Shown piece after piece: positions 37,793 to 47,699 of a DNA stretch of 56,920 nt. Within the stretch, counting starts at the first letter, position 1. Every line of letters begins with the position of its first letter. The stretch is from a virus (taxonomy: Duplodnaviria; Caudoviricetes). The translations under genes and the position numbers were made by a program. Location: positions 1 through 56,920 of the IMG/VR virus record IMGVR_UViG_3300025120_014399; one strand, written 5' to 3'. The notes under the pieces were generated by a model. The model made no database searches, was not told the origin of the DNA, and saw nothing but the letters and a program-made list of their open reading frames with translations.

Positions 37793-38234
37793 CTTTTCAG
37801 ATCAAAAATATATTACAGCTGCAGGGTTTATTATATTTAGAATCAAGAATAACAATCCTGAAATTCTTGGGCTTAAGGCTCTACCTAAATTTAGAAAACA
37901 AGCCGGTGGTATATATGATGTACCCAAAGGCAGAATCGATTCCGGTGAGGCTCCAATAGAGGCAGCTCATAGAGAACTGTTTGAAGAATCCGGTCTCAAG
38001 GTAAGAAGAATTATAAATAAGAATCCTATCATTGATAAACCTTTAGCACTTTGGGTCGCAGAAGTTGACGACGCAGATAGTGTTTTAATTGGCAGAAATC
38101 CAGACACAGGGTTAATTGAACATGAAGGATATAAGTGGATGAAGATTGACGAAATGAAAGACGTATGTTTAAAATACTTACGGCCGTCAATAATAGAAGC
38201 AAAGACTATAATTTGGAATTATACTAAAATATAA
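37782..38234 (+). CDS. Nudix hydrolase (Ap4A hydrolase-like)
   Basis: PKGRIDSGEAPIEAAHRELFEESGL Nudix box; AAGFII; EHEGYKW. Confidence 0.88.
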   Translation: MMNNFSDQKYITAAGFIIFRIKNNNPEILGLKALPKFRKQAGGIYDVPKGRIDSGEAPIEAAHRELFEESGLKVRRIINKNPIIDKPLALWVAEVDDADSVLIGRNPDTGLIEHEGYKWMKIDEMKDVCLKYLRPSIIEAKTIIWNYTKI

Positions 38235-38265
38235 AGATATTTATTTAAATAACAGGGAAGATAAA

Positions 38266-38853
38266 ATGAAGTTAAATAGAAAATTGCTTAAAAAGCTTAT
38301 TCAAGAAGAAATAGAAAACCTTTCTTATGATCGCTCAAAAAATATTGAAAAGTATATAATTGATTTTGACGAGCCCTTTGAAGTTGAAGCTCATGAAGAT
38401 GCATGGGCAGGAGGCAGAAACATCTATAGTAATGCCGATCATTTAAAAGATTACGGATCTAAAGAAAAAAGTATAACAGGTATAGAAAGATTAATTCACA
38501 AAACAGAACTTAAAGAAGCTTCTTCATCAAATCGTGAGCTAAGAACATTGATATATGAAGAAATGAAAAAAGTTTCAGAATTAAAGCAATTTATTAATTC
38601 TCGTGGCGGAAAAAAATTCTTGCAAGCAGGCAGGAAAATAGAATCTGCTGGGACTTCGATTAGAGAGTTAGGTCACGATCACACAGGCATCATGAGAGAG
38701 ACGCTTTATAATGTTTCTGAATTTGTAGAAAAACTAGGCCATTCAATCGGAAGTGTAAATGAGTTAGATGAAGACTCTTCAACAGAAAGTACCTTACCTA
38801 CTGTTGCAGAGCTTAAAAAACTTATTAAGTCAATTAAACGATTGGAAAAATAA
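38266..38853 (+). CDS. tagged hypothetical protein
   Basis: MKLNRKLLKKLIQEE; internal NRELRTLIYEE; ATATTTAT at 38237. Confidence 0.65.
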   Translation: MKLNRKLLKKLIQEEIENLSYDRSKNIEKYIIDFDEPFEVEAHEDAWAGGRNIYSNADHLKDYGSKEKSITGIERLIHKTELKEASSSNRELRTLIYEEMKKVSELKQFINSRGGKKFLQAGRKIESAGTSIRELGHDHTGIMRETLYNVSEFVEKLGHSIGSVNELDEDSSTESTLPTVAELKKLIKSIKRLEK

Positions 38854-39711
38854 ATGTCTGCCATTACTGGTCAAACGCCTATGATCGCTATAGATGAAGA
38901 TTGCAGAATCTGGGCAAAGCTTGAAACACATAATAGAACCGGTTCTGTCAAAGACAGAATGATTGAATATATATGTGACTTAGCGGTTGCTAACGGATCC
39001 ATAGAGCCTGGAAAAACAATACTAGTCGAAGCAACCAGCGGCAATACTGGAATTGCATTGGCATCTTATGCTGCATCGATGAACTGTCCCTGTAGAATTA
39101 TCATGCCCGAAAATATGTCCCAACAAAGAAAAGACATGATGTTGGCATTTGGTGCAACAATAATGGAAACAGGTTATAATAATTTCAAGGAAGCAATCAG
39201 TATAAGGGATAATTTGTTGTCTAGCTCTAAAAAATATTTTTCACCAATGCAATTTAGTAATCCATTGAACATCCAGTGTCATTATGAAACAACAGCACCT
39301 GAAATACATGGGCATGTCATCACAGAAATGAGACCTTTAAAGTGGGAAGCTTTTATTCACGGTGCCGGAACAGGCGGAACTATGATGGGGATAAAAAACT
39401 ACATAGATAAGGTAGGGTTAGACGTAAAGTGCGTACTGACAACACCCGAAGAATCTGCAGAAACTCATGGTATTCAAGGTATAAATGACGGCGGCGACTA
39501 TCTTCTAGACAAAAGCTTAATGGATGATATTATTTCTATCAAAACTGAAGATGCTATCATACGAATGAAAAAGTTTTGGCAGGACACAGGAATATTAATA
39601 GGCATAAGTAGTGGTGCAAACATTTTAGCTTCAGAAAGATACTTAAAAAAGTACAATCCATCAGGAATTATAATTACAATACTTTGTGATAGAGGAGAAA
39701 GATACTTATGA
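38854..39711 (+). CDS. PLP-dependent cysteine synthase family protein (CysK/CysM)
   Basis: KLE..N.TGSVKDR, EATSGNTGI, GAGTGGT, HGIQGI, GISSGAN, DRGERYL. Confidence 0.9.
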   Translation: MSAITGQTPMIAIDEDCRIWAKLETHNRTGSVKDRMIEYICDLAVANGSIEPGKTILVEATSGNTGIALASYAASMNCPCRIIMPENMSQQRKDMMLAFGATIMETGYNNFKEAISIRDNLLSSSKKYFSPMQFSNPLNIQCHYETTAPEIHGHVITEMRPLKWEAFIHGAGTGGTMMGIKNYIDKVGLDVKCVLTTPEESAETHGIQGINDGGDYLLDKSLMDDIISIKTEDAIIRMKKFWQDTGILIGISSGANILASERYLKKYNPSGIIITILCDRGERYL

Positions 39712-40697
39712 AACTTTATGAAGCAACATACGGTAATATTCCTATAATAGCTGTCTATAACGGTAGATTTCATCCCATGGGACGTCATCACGTACAAACT
39801 TATGAAAGAATAGTTCAGATATTCGGAAAAGACAACACCTATGTGACTACTGCAGATAAGGTAAAACTTCCTAAAAGCCCGCTAAGTTTTTTAGAAAAAG
39901 AGAAGATTGCAATTGCACATGGAATCAATCCGGATAAATTTGTTTTTTGTAGATCTGGATACCAGCCTAATGAATTGCATGCGAAAATCCAAAGAGAGAG
40001 GTCAGTCACAGCAGATGGGTATGTGATAGTTTTCGTAGTTGGAGAAAAAGATATGCGTGATGATCCTAGATTTAGTGATTTAGGCGGCATGACAAAACCG
40101 ACCAAGCGAAACCCAGTTCCGAGACCAAAATATTTAAAAAGCTATGACCCGCAAAACTTACTACCAGCATCAGAGCATGGTTACGTATACACAATACCCA
40201 CAGTTGATATAGTACTACCTGATGGGCGACAAAGTTCGGGTACTAACTTAAGAACATTTCTTTATAATTCTACACCTGAAGAGTTTAAAGCTGCGATGGA
40301 TTTTTTCGATCAAGAGCTATACGACTTACTTAAGGTTAAATTTGATCCTGTAAATCTTTACCCGGGTATTGCTATCAATGAATTAAAAAAAAGACCAAAA
40401 AAGGATACACAGGAGTATTCTACATATCTTGAAGAGCTAATGGACGAATTAAAATATATAAAGTCAGGATATGAGTCTAGAAAAAAGACGGGCCGGCGAT
40501 ATAGAAAAGAAGCAAGCAAAATACAAGATGCATACTCAGAGCTCCGGCGTCTAAGAAACAAAAATAATAAAATACTTAATGCACAAAAAATAAATGAAGT
40601 AATTAATCAGAACAACTATGTCGCAAACATAGAAATAAGTAATGATACAAACTTTAACAAAGACTCAATTAAGAACTTTTTAAAAAAGTTTAAATAG
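39708..40697 (+). CDS. HIGH-superfamily nucleotidyltransferase-like protein
   Basis: YNGRFHPMGRHH, SPLSF.EK, VGEKD, SGTNLR. Confidence 0.65.
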   Translation: MKLYEATYGNIPIIAVYNGRFHPMGRHHVQTYERIVQIFGKDNTYVTTADKVKLPKSPLSFLEKEKIAIAHGINPDKFVFCRSGYQPNELHAKIQRERSVTADGYVIVFVVGEKDMRDDPRFSDLGGMTKPTKRNPVPRPKYLKSYDPQNLLPASEHGYVYTIPTVDIVLPDGRQSSGTNLRTFLYNSTPEEFKAAMDFFDQELYDLLKVKFDPVNLYPGIAINELKKRPKKDTQEYSTYLEELMDELKYIKSGYESRKKTGRRYRKEASKIQDAYSELRRLRNKNNKILNAQKINEVINQNNYVANIEISNDTNFNKDSIKNFLKKFK

Positions 40698-40761
40698 GAT
40701 TGATAATTATAAAAAGAGGTAATATTGTGATAGACTTAAGAAAAATACAAACTGGTCTATC

Positions 40762-41235
40762 ATGATATTGCCTGAAACTGCATGGAATGAAGTAAATTCT
40801 TCAAGTATCACTTCAAAAGAGTTGATCAGTATAATGAAAGAATATAGCAAAATGGGCTTAACCTTGTACGTAGGTTCAGATAGTATGCTAAATTCAAATT
40901 ACTGCACTTTTTCATGTATTATCGCAGTGCATTCTAATGATTTGGGAATTGCAAACTATTATTTTCAAAAACAAAATCTATATGAAGAAAGGTACAAACA
41001 GCTCGAAAACAAAATATTAAAAGAAATAGAAATATCAATCATGACAGCAAATTATTTAAAATTACATATACCAAAATCAATTATTGAAGTACACGTAGAC
41101 ATCGGTGACAAAGATCGAAATGCAACCCGGTACTTAGTTGACAATGCAAAAGGCTGGATTTTGGGTATGGGTTATAAAGTAAAAATCAAACCTGACTCTT
41201 GGGCTTCATCGGTTGCGGATTGGCATACAAAATAG
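40762..41235 (+). CDS. RNase H-like YkuK/DUF458 family protein
   Basis: YVGSDS, EIEIS, EVHVDIG, KPDSWASSVAD. Confidence 0.8.
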   Translation: MILPETAWNEVNSSSITSKELISIMKEYSKMGLTLYVGSDSMLNSNYCTFSCIIAVHSNDLGIANYYFQKQNLYEERYKQLENKILKEIEISIMTANYLKLHIPKSIIEVHVDIGDKDRNATRYLVDNAKGWILGMGYKVKIKPDSWASSVADWHTK

Positions 41236-41244
41236 GATATAAAA

Positions 41245-41634
41245 ATGGCACTAACAGTAAAAAGAAGAAAAAGTGGATTACTAATACCAAAAACACCAAA
41301 ACTAATCATTCCTAGTGTTAACAACATTTTAGGTAAGTCACAAGAAGAAGAAATAGTAGAGTCAGAAATCAAAAGAATTGTTAAGGAAACAATTTCTGTC
41401 AATCATAGAAAAGAAATTAAAAAAATCATGTTTGTACTGATATATCAGCGTGTTTATGGTGAAAAAGAAATTTCAAAAATATATTTAAGATATCCTTCAA
41501 AAGGAATTGAAAAAGTAATCGACGCAGAGGAAATTGAGAACCGCGGAGTCGCATTATTAGAATTTTTTGATTACATAATAACCCATGGCGCAATTGAATT
41601 GCAAGATGCAAAGAAAGCTTTGGAAATTATGTAA
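41245..41634 (+). CDS. hypothetical protein
   Basis: AGGA RBS; operon context. Confidence 0.6.
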   Translation: MALTVKRRKSGLLIPKTPKLIIPSVNNILGKSQEEEIVESEIKRIVKETISVNHRKEIKKIMFVLIYQRVYGEKEISKIYLRYPSKGIEKVIDAEEIENRGVALLEFFDYIITHGAIELQDAKKALEIM

Positions 41635-41658
41635 AATTAATCCATTTTACCTTATAAT
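41630..41658 (+). promoter_or_regulatory. promoter TGTAAA-N17-TATAAT upstream of helicase
   Basis: TGTAAA 41630-41635, TATAAT 41653-41658. Confidence 0.55.
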
Positions 41659-41666
41659 AATAAAAA

Positions 41667-43304
41667 ATGGAGGTAGAATTGAGTAATAGTTTTGATAAAT
41701 ATTTTCCCTACAAGGAACAAAGAGAGCAACAAACTTACGCGATCAAAAAAGCAATTGATGCGTTTATGTCTGAAGATAAGCGATTTGTAATATTAGAAGC
41801 CGGCACAGGTGTTGGAAAGTCCGCGATCGGTCTAACAGTGGCAAGATATATAAATAGAAATTTAGTAACCAATCATGATGATATAGGTGCAGGATCATAT
41901 TTTTTAACAACCCAAAAAATACTTCAAGAACAATACGAAAAAGACTTTGGCGGTAATAAAGGCGACATGTGTTCTTTGTATTCAGCGTCTAATTACAAAT
42001 GTGGATATCATAAAAAGAATGATTGCAAGTCTTCTCAACAGATGCTGAGAACTGAGCAAAAAGGATCAGCATTTTTTAAACATTGCATGACATCTTGCGC
42101 TTATAAAATGAAAAAGAAATCTTTTTTAGAGTCGCCTGAGTCAATTACAAACTTTCCTTACTTTATTACAGAATCAACTTATTCTGGTAAGATAACACCA
42201 AGAAAGACATTAATTGTCGACGAAGCACACAATACGGAGTCTGTGCTTAGTAGTTTTGTTGAAGTAAGCGTAAGTCAATATTTCTGTGACAAGCTTATTA
42301 AATGTGAATGGCCGGAAAAGATTACGCCTATTAACTTTGTAAAATGGGTAAAAAATCAATACTTTCCAGCATTACAAATAAAAGTAACACATTTTGAATC
42401 TCAACTTGAAAAAATGGGACTTAAGTCAAAACTAGCTGAATTAAGAACGCTTTCAATGAAATATGAAATGCTTTCTTCTCATGCCAAGAAGTTGGAAAAG
42501 TTTTTAAAGGATTATTCTTCAGATAACTGGGTTATGGAAGTCCAAGAAACTGAAAAGAGAGGATATAAAAAGGTTGTATATCGAGCAATTGACGTTTCAA
42601 AATTTGCTGAAGAATATCTTTTTAGAATGGGTCACAAGGTTTTACTAATGTCAGCGACAATTCTTGATGCAGACTCTTTTGCTAAGTCTTTAGGTATTAA
42701 AAAAGAAGAATATAGCGTTATCAAGCTTCCATCACCGTTTCCTGTGGAAAATAGGCCTATTTTCCAATCCACAATTGGATCGATGTCATACAAACAAATA
42801 GAGCAGAGTCTGCCTAAGCTTAAAGCTGCCATAGAGGCAATTTTAGAAGAGCACAAAGGCCAGAAAGGTGTAGTACACTGTCATACATATAGAATTGCAA
42901 ACTATCTTAAGAAAAATATTAAGTCAAGAAGACTTTTAATTCATCGCTCAGACAATAGAGATCAAATACTAGAAAAGCATATTCGTGCTAAAAATGACAC
43001 CGTGCTCCTTTCGCCTTCAATGACAGAAGGTGTCGATCTCAAGGGAGATCTTTCTAGATTCCAGATTATATGCAAAATACCGTATCCTTATTTGGGAGAC
43101 CCGATTGTTAAAAAGAGAATGAATAAGAATCAAGGCTGGTATGCTTTACAAACAGCTAAATCTATTGTACAATCTTGTGGTAGGAGTATTAGAAATAAAG
43201 ATGATCAAGCAGTAACTTACATTCTTGATAGTGACTGGCATAACTTCTATAGAAAAAACTCAAGTATATTCCCACTAGACTTTAAGCAAGCAATATTAAA
43301 ATAG
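41667..43304 (+). CDS. SF2 DinG/XPD-like DNA helicase
   Basis: EAGTGVGKS, DEAH, MSAT, EGVDL, QSCGRSIR; four Cys (possible Fe-S cluster). Confidence 0.88.
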   Translation: MEVELSNSFDKYFPYKEQREQQTYAIKKAIDAFMSEDKRFVILEAGTGVGKSAIGLTVARYINRNLVTNHDDIGAGSYFLTTQKILQEQYEKDFGGNKGDMCSLYSASNYKCGYHKKNDCKSSQQMLRTEQKGSAFFKHCMTSCAYKMKKKSFLESPESITNFPYFITESTYSGKITPRKTLIVDEAHNTESVLSSFVEVSVSQYFCDKLIKCEWPEKITPINFVKWVKNQYFPALQIKVTHFESQLEKMGLKSKLAELRTLSMKYEMLSSHAKKLEKFLKDYSSDNWVMEVQETEKRGYKKVVYRAIDVSKFAEEYLFRMGHKVLLMSATILDADSFAKSLGIKKEEYSVIKLPSPFPVENRPIFQSTIGSMSYKQIEQSLPKLKAAIEAILEEHKGQKGVVHCHTYRIANYLKKNIKSRRLLIHRSDNRDQILEKHIRAKNDTVLLSPSMTEGVDLKGDLSRFQIICKIPYPYLGDPIVKKRMNKNQGWYALQTAKSIVQSCGRSIRNKDDQAVTYILDSDWHNFYRKNSSIFPLDFKQAILK

Positions 43305-43313
43305 GTAAAAATC

Positions 43314-43520
43314 ATGTCAAGTAATTTAAGAGTAGGTGATAGAGTTTATATGACGTATCATATGAGCAACAAAGGTGTAATTAATGAAATATTTTTTAAG
43401 CCTGTTCAACACGGAAACGGTGCCGGCCCTTTTTCACAAATAATGTTTGTAAAGTTTTTAAGTGAGCTTACTGGCAAAGAAGTAACAATTAAGCGTCAAG
43501 ATGTAAGAAAAGAAGATTAA
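43314..43520 (+). CDS. small KOW/SH3-like protein
   Basis: LRVGDRVYM...KGVINEI. Confidence 0.6.
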   Translation: MSSNLRVGDRVYMTYHMSNKGVINEIFFKPVQHGNGAGPFSQIMFVKFLSELTGKEVTIKRQDVRKED

Positions 43521-43559
43521 ACGTTATTTTCTAAATAGTTATTGATATACGAGGTAGCT

Positions 43560-43796
43560 ATGGAAAAAAAGAATTCAATTAAGGACTTACATCTAGATAA
43601 GCCGACTAGTCATGGTGGCTGGCCAGATGGACATTCTGGGAGTTATACAGACCCAGACACACCGGTAAACAAACAAATTGCTAAGTATCTCGAGGATATG
43701 GGCTTAATTGATGACTCAAATCCTCGAGCTCGTTTAAGCGAGTCCAAAATTAGAAGTTTAATTAGAGAAGAAATAATTAGAATTTTGTCTGAATAG
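43560..43796 (+). CDS. small protein with C-terminal tag
   Basis: ATG 43560 after GAGG; LSESKIRSLIREEIIRILSE; ATAGTTAT at 43535. Confidence 0.65.
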   Translation: MEKKNSIKDLHLDKPTSHGGWPDGHSGSYTDPDTPVNKQIAKYLEDMGLIDDSNPRARLSESKIRSLIREEIIRILSE

Positions 43797-43837
43797 CGCA
43801 TATTTATTATTTGAAAGTGTAAGTGTAGGTTGAGTTT

Positions 43838-44083
43838 ATGTCTAAAAAAATCTGTTATAGTTCTCTATTTGAGCGCATCAATAATCTTAAGAAAATGAGA
43901 TCTAGTCTCAGTGAAAAAGAAAAAGATTGGCATGCAGCTTTTCAAGCTAGCGACTGGGTTGTTGGCCAAATAAAGTGTTTATTAGCATCTGTGGCAAATT
44001 CTGATACAACAAAAGAGGATATTGAAAATAGACTTAAAGACATACTTTGTGTTATCGAAACTGGAGATGAAGATGAGCAGTAA
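43838..44083 (+). CDS. hypothetical protein
   Basis: ATATTTAT at 43800 upstream; SSLFE, SLSE. Confidence 0.55.
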   Translation: MSKKICYSSLFERINNLKKMRSSLSEKEKDWHAAFQASDWVVGQIKCLLASVANSDTTKEDIENRLKDILCVIETGDEDEQ

Positions 44084-44396
44084 AGAAGATGGTTGGACTG
44101 AGTACTCAAGATTAGTATTGAAGGAGTTGGAAACGTTGGCAAACGGTATCAAAGAGCTCAATGAAAGCATGAATGAGATGAAGAGAGAAATTACTGAGAT
44201 CAGAGCCAGGGAAGACAAGATCCAGGATCTAACAAAATGGAAAGAGCGAATAGACGAAGTAGCTTCACCAACACAACTTAAAAACTTGCAAGCAGAAGTT
44301 GAAGATTTAAAATTATTCAAAACAAAGGCAGTGACTATTTTCGCAGTTGTACAATTCGCCATGGCTGCAATTGTTTTTGCACAAAGGTTTATGTAG
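44073..44396 (+). CDS. coiled-coil protein with C-terminal TM helix
   Basis: GWTEYSRLVLKELE; heptad pattern; AVTIFAVVQFAMAAIVF. Confidence 0.65.
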   Translation: MSSKEDGWTEYSRLVLKELETLANGIKELNESMNEMKREITEIRAREDKIQDLTKWKERIDEVASPTQLKNLQAEVEDLKLFKTKAVTIFAVVQFAMAAIVFAQRFM

Positions 44397-44397
44397 A

Positions 44398-46611
44398 ATG
44401 AAAATTTCTAGAAAACAGCTTAGATATCATTTAAATAAAATGTTAAACGAAACGGATGTAACGCTAGATATACTAAGCACAGATTCAAAAGGTGTAAGTT
44501 TGTTAAGCGGGTTAGTTGGTAGATACGATGGAACCGGTGGTTCCGGCCCCAGCAATCGCCGCGGCCAAGATCCAAATGCACCCATAGTGTCGCCAAAAAA
44601 TCCAAAGTTTTCAGATGCTGCAGGCGTGCAAAATGTTGACACAAGATTACCTGTATACACACTTTCTAGACAAAGTAACCCGGGCCAATCTCAATTAGCA
44701 TATGATCAAATGGTAGGTTCGATCGGTAATGGTGAAACACCGGGGTTTCCAGGGGAATACATAACTGCTCAATTGCTTAGTCACGCCGGCCCCTCCTTTG
44801 TAGATAAAATGTCCTGGCCAAACTGGATCGCTTCTCCTCCTGCAATCGGCAATTTCAATACCCCCGAAGGCCTGCTAAATATAGCTTCAACACAATTTCC
44901 TGCTGCTGACGTATATATTGGGAAAAAAGACATTAACGTGACAATGTCTACAAAGGTCGTAGCTAGTAATGAATTAAACTTTTCTGATGACTTTATTGCT
45001 ACTTCTGTAAAAATGTCAGGAAACTCTTCATCCCGGGAAAAAGCTCCATCAATAGGTTTCGCAGGAACAAGAAAAAAAGCAGGTCTACAACCACATCATT
45101 TTAGTGGTGATAATCTAGTAACACTTCCGCTTTTTTTTGGTGCAAAATGGGCAATAACAAATTATCCAGTAGCAACTAATCCATATAAAAAGACAAGTAA
45201 GAAGGGATCCAATTCTTTGGCAGCGTTTTTAATATCCAAAGGTATTAATAAAATAACAATCAAGGTTGCAGGAATAAACATTTGTGCAATACCCTACTTT
45301 AGTGCAGAAACCCGACCGACTGATCCGATTCTTTTTGGAATATACGCAACAGGAGTTAAAACTCATACTATTGTAGCTGATGGTACGGATAAGTTTAAAT
45401 ATGATTCATCATCAGATGCAGAATCTTTAAATTCAACAGGCATTGGAAAGAACCCACATGAGCTAATAGGATTAATTAATGCAGGATCAATTTCTTCATC
45501 CGCTGTTTCAACGGCAGGTGGCAATCCGGCAGCAATGACTCAGAATACTTTAACGTTTGCTGAAGACCCAGCATATCAATCTGCAGTTAATACATTAACA
45601 CGCTCTATTTTTATTCTTAATAATGCAAAACAGTCAATAAAAGAGTATACGAAATCATCCGCATTGACATCAAAAATAAATATTAAACCTTTGACACTAG
45701 ACGAATCTGACAATTATAAGTTTTTAGTATTGCAGATGATCAAGGCCGGCCAAGCTGCTCAAATCCTCAAAGATGTCTTAAGCAGCAGTACAATTTTGAC
45801 AGCTACCGAAGTTCAAAAGGCAACACTCAATTCAGCAATGACGCAACTAGGTAAAATAAAATCTTCTGTTGGTCAGTCAACTTCCCTAGAAACTCAAATA
45901 TCAGAAATGATCAATGTTTTTAAAAAATTAGAAGAAAATTACAAAATAATAAAAGAAACAGCGGAAAAAGCTAATAAATCGATCACCGATAATCCGACGG
46001 ATCCTGCCTCAATTGCAGTAATACAAGATGAAGTTAGTCTATATAATAAGATATTAGCGCAAATAGAATCAATTAAAACAAATGCTAATGCAATTTATGA
46101 TTTTATAGATTTTTTAATTGGCACGAATGTACCGCTTCAAGGAGCTTCAACATTAACCTCCCGTCAATATGAAAAGTCAAGAAAGGCATTCAAAGTGCTT
46201 ACAAGGCTATCCGAGCGCATGATGAGTTCAGCTATTAAAGTAATGCCAGGTTTAAATGACTTTGAAGCAGCCTTAATAATTGCAGCCAACTTTGCAATGC
46301 AATCGTTAACAATTCTAAATGAAATGACAATAGAAATTAAAGAATTTTTAGAATATTCTGCTCCAGTCACAGATTTAAAATTGACAATAGATGATTCAAC
46401 TTTGAATGACAAAAGCGAAGACTCTGAAGAAGAATTATCAAACGTTTATCAGCTTCAAACAAAGACTACAAACAAAAAAGTTCCTTTCGGACAAGAAGAT
46501 AGAACAGCTGCAGCTCTAAATAAAAATAGTAATGAGCCTATTCTTAAACAGGTTGCTGAGACAAAAACATACATGTCTATCCTTCGTGAGTTAATGAAAT
46601 ATTCCAAGTAG
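44398..46611 (+). CDS. large protein tagged at both ends, possible PD-(D/E)xK-like domain
   Basis: ATG 44398 MKISRKQLRYHLNKMLNE; GFPGE, FPAAD...TSVK; C-terminal VAETKTYMSILRE. Confidence 0.65.
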   Translation: MKISRKQLRYHLNKMLNETDVTLDILSTDSKGVSLLSGLVGRYDGTGGSGPSNRRGQDPNAPIVSPKNPKFSDAAGVQNVDTRLPVYTLSRQSNPGQSQLAYDQMVGSIGNGETPGFPGEYITAQLLSHAGPSFVDKMSWPNWIASPPAIGNFNTPEGLLNIASTQFPAADVYIGKKDINVTMSTKVVASNELNFSDDFIATSVKMSGNSSSREKAPSIGFAGTRKKAGLQPHHFSGDNLVTLPLFFGAKWAITNYPVATNPYKKTSKKGSNSLAAFLISKGINKITIKVAGINICAIPYFSAETRPTDPILFGIYATGVKTHTIVADGTDKFKYDSSSDAESLNSTGIGKNPHELIGLINAGSISSSAVSTAGGNPAAMTQNTLTFAEDPAYQSAVNTLTRSIFILNNAKQSIKEYTKSSALTSKINIKPLTLDESDNYKFLVLQMIKAGQAAQILKDVLSSSTILTATEVQKATLNSAMTQLGKIKSSVGQSTSLETQISEMINVFKKLEENYKIIKETAEKANKSITDNPTDPASIAVIQDEVSLYNKILAQIESIKTNANAIYDFIDFLIGTNVPLQGASTLTSRQYEKSRKAFKVLTRLSERMMSSAIKVMPGLNDFEAALIIAANFAMQSLTILNEMTIEIKEFLEYSAPVTDLKLTIDDSTLNDKSEDSEEELSNVYQLQTKTTNKKVPFGQEDRTAAALNKNSNEPILKQVAETKTYMSILRELMKYSK

Positions 46612-46662
46612 CCTTTCCTTTTTATACTCATTAATAAAAACTAGCCTTTTCTTTTTATACTC
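46609..46662 (+). repeat. 21-bp direct repeat pair (1 mismatch, 33-bp period)
   Basis: TAGCCTTTCCTTTTTATACTC 46609-46629; TAGCCTTTTCTTTTTATACTC 46642-46662. Confidence 0.85.
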
Positions 46663-46663
46663 G

Positions 46664-46691
46664 TGTAAATACAAGCCTAGCTAGTTATAAT
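46664..46691 (+). promoter_or_regulatory. promoter TGTAAA-N16-TATAAT
   Basis: TGTAAA 46664-46669, TATAAT 46686-46691. Confidence 0.6.
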
Positions 46692-46723
46692 AAAAGAGTA
46701 ACTTAACAATAAAGGGGTACTTA

Positions 46724-47497
46724 ATGTATTTAACAAAAGAAATGATTCGTGAAGCGCTAACAAACGTCCAGACGTTTGAACATGAACTAGACAATCTTTT
46801 TGCATCTTATGACTATAGTCTTCGTGATAACCTGGGTCGTAGAAATGCGCTATGTTCACAAGCACAGGAAAAAGAACTAGCAAAAGTTCTTGGCAAGACA
46901 TTTAAATCTGTAATACAAGACGGAGCTCCTGGTAAACCGGATATCTTTATTGGTGATATTAATAAGGAACTAGAATGCAAACTCACCTCGGGCAACAGAA
47001 GCAGCTCTGTGTCTTATTCTCTCCAGACTGATTGGGCGACGCTAGAAAAGAAAGAAAAGCTTGACTATCTTTACGTACTTTGTGATGAAGATTTTGAAAA
47101 GTTTTGCGTACTTTACTTTAAAGACTTAACAACAGACGACTTTCACCCACCGGCAAATGGATCAAGAGGTAAGTCACGTATGAGAAAAAGTTCAGCAATG
47201 AAAAAAGCAGTTTGTCTGCATGGTAGCTTTAAAACACAAAACGAAGGCTATATTAATAGCTATACAGAAAAAATAACAGAGAATGTTGATGAATACATTA
47301 AAAAGATTTTATCGCTTCAAGGTAAATACTTGGGAGAAGACGAGACAGAAAATACAATACAGAAATATAATAATGTTAAAAAAGGTGTACAAAACAAACT
47401 TATTAAAAGCATTGATGGATATGTTTGCAAGCTTAATTACTGGAGAGACACAGACCCACGTTATTCATTTAAGCTTCTCCCCTTAAGCGAATTCTAA
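46724..47497 (+). CDS. putative PD-(D/E)xK restriction-endonuclease-like nuclease
   Basis: AQEK helix; GKPDIFIGDINKELECK. Confidence 0.55.
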   Translation: MYLTKEMIREALTNVQTFEHELDNLFASYDYSLRDNLGRRNALCSQAQEKELAKVLGKTFKSVIQDGAPGKPDIFIGDINKELECKLTSGNRSSSVSYSLQTDWATLEKKEKLDYLYVLCDEDFEKFCVLYFKDLTTDDFHPPANGSRGKSRMRKSSAMKKAVCLHGSFKTQNEGYINSYTEKITENVDEYIKKILSLQGKYLGEDETENTIQKYNNVKKGVQNKLIKSIDGYVCKLNYWRDTDPRYSFKLLPLSEF

Positions 47498-47498
47498 A

Positions 47499-47699
47499 AT
47501 GTTTGAGGGCTATGATCCAGAGCGAAAACCGCCTTATTTACATGAGTTTTATTTTGAAAGAAATGGAAATCTTTATAAGACAATCTACTATGTATGTAGG
47601 GGTTATGGAGATTCTATCTCCATTTCCTCAAGCACATCTATCATAGTTAAAAAAGAGGATAAAAATGAAAAATCAGATTACAGGAAGTCTAGACAATGA
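47499..47699 (+). CDS. small hypothetical protein
   Basis: Packed ORF. Confidence 0.45.
   Translation: MFEGYDPERKPPYLHEFYFERNGNLYKTIYYVCRGYGDSISISSSTSIIVKKEDKNEKSDYRKSRQ

Noticed and set aside
46609-46662. Direct repeat as a mini-CRISPR
   Set aside because: Only two 21-bp copies with a 12-bp spacer, non-palindromic, and no cas genes nearby.
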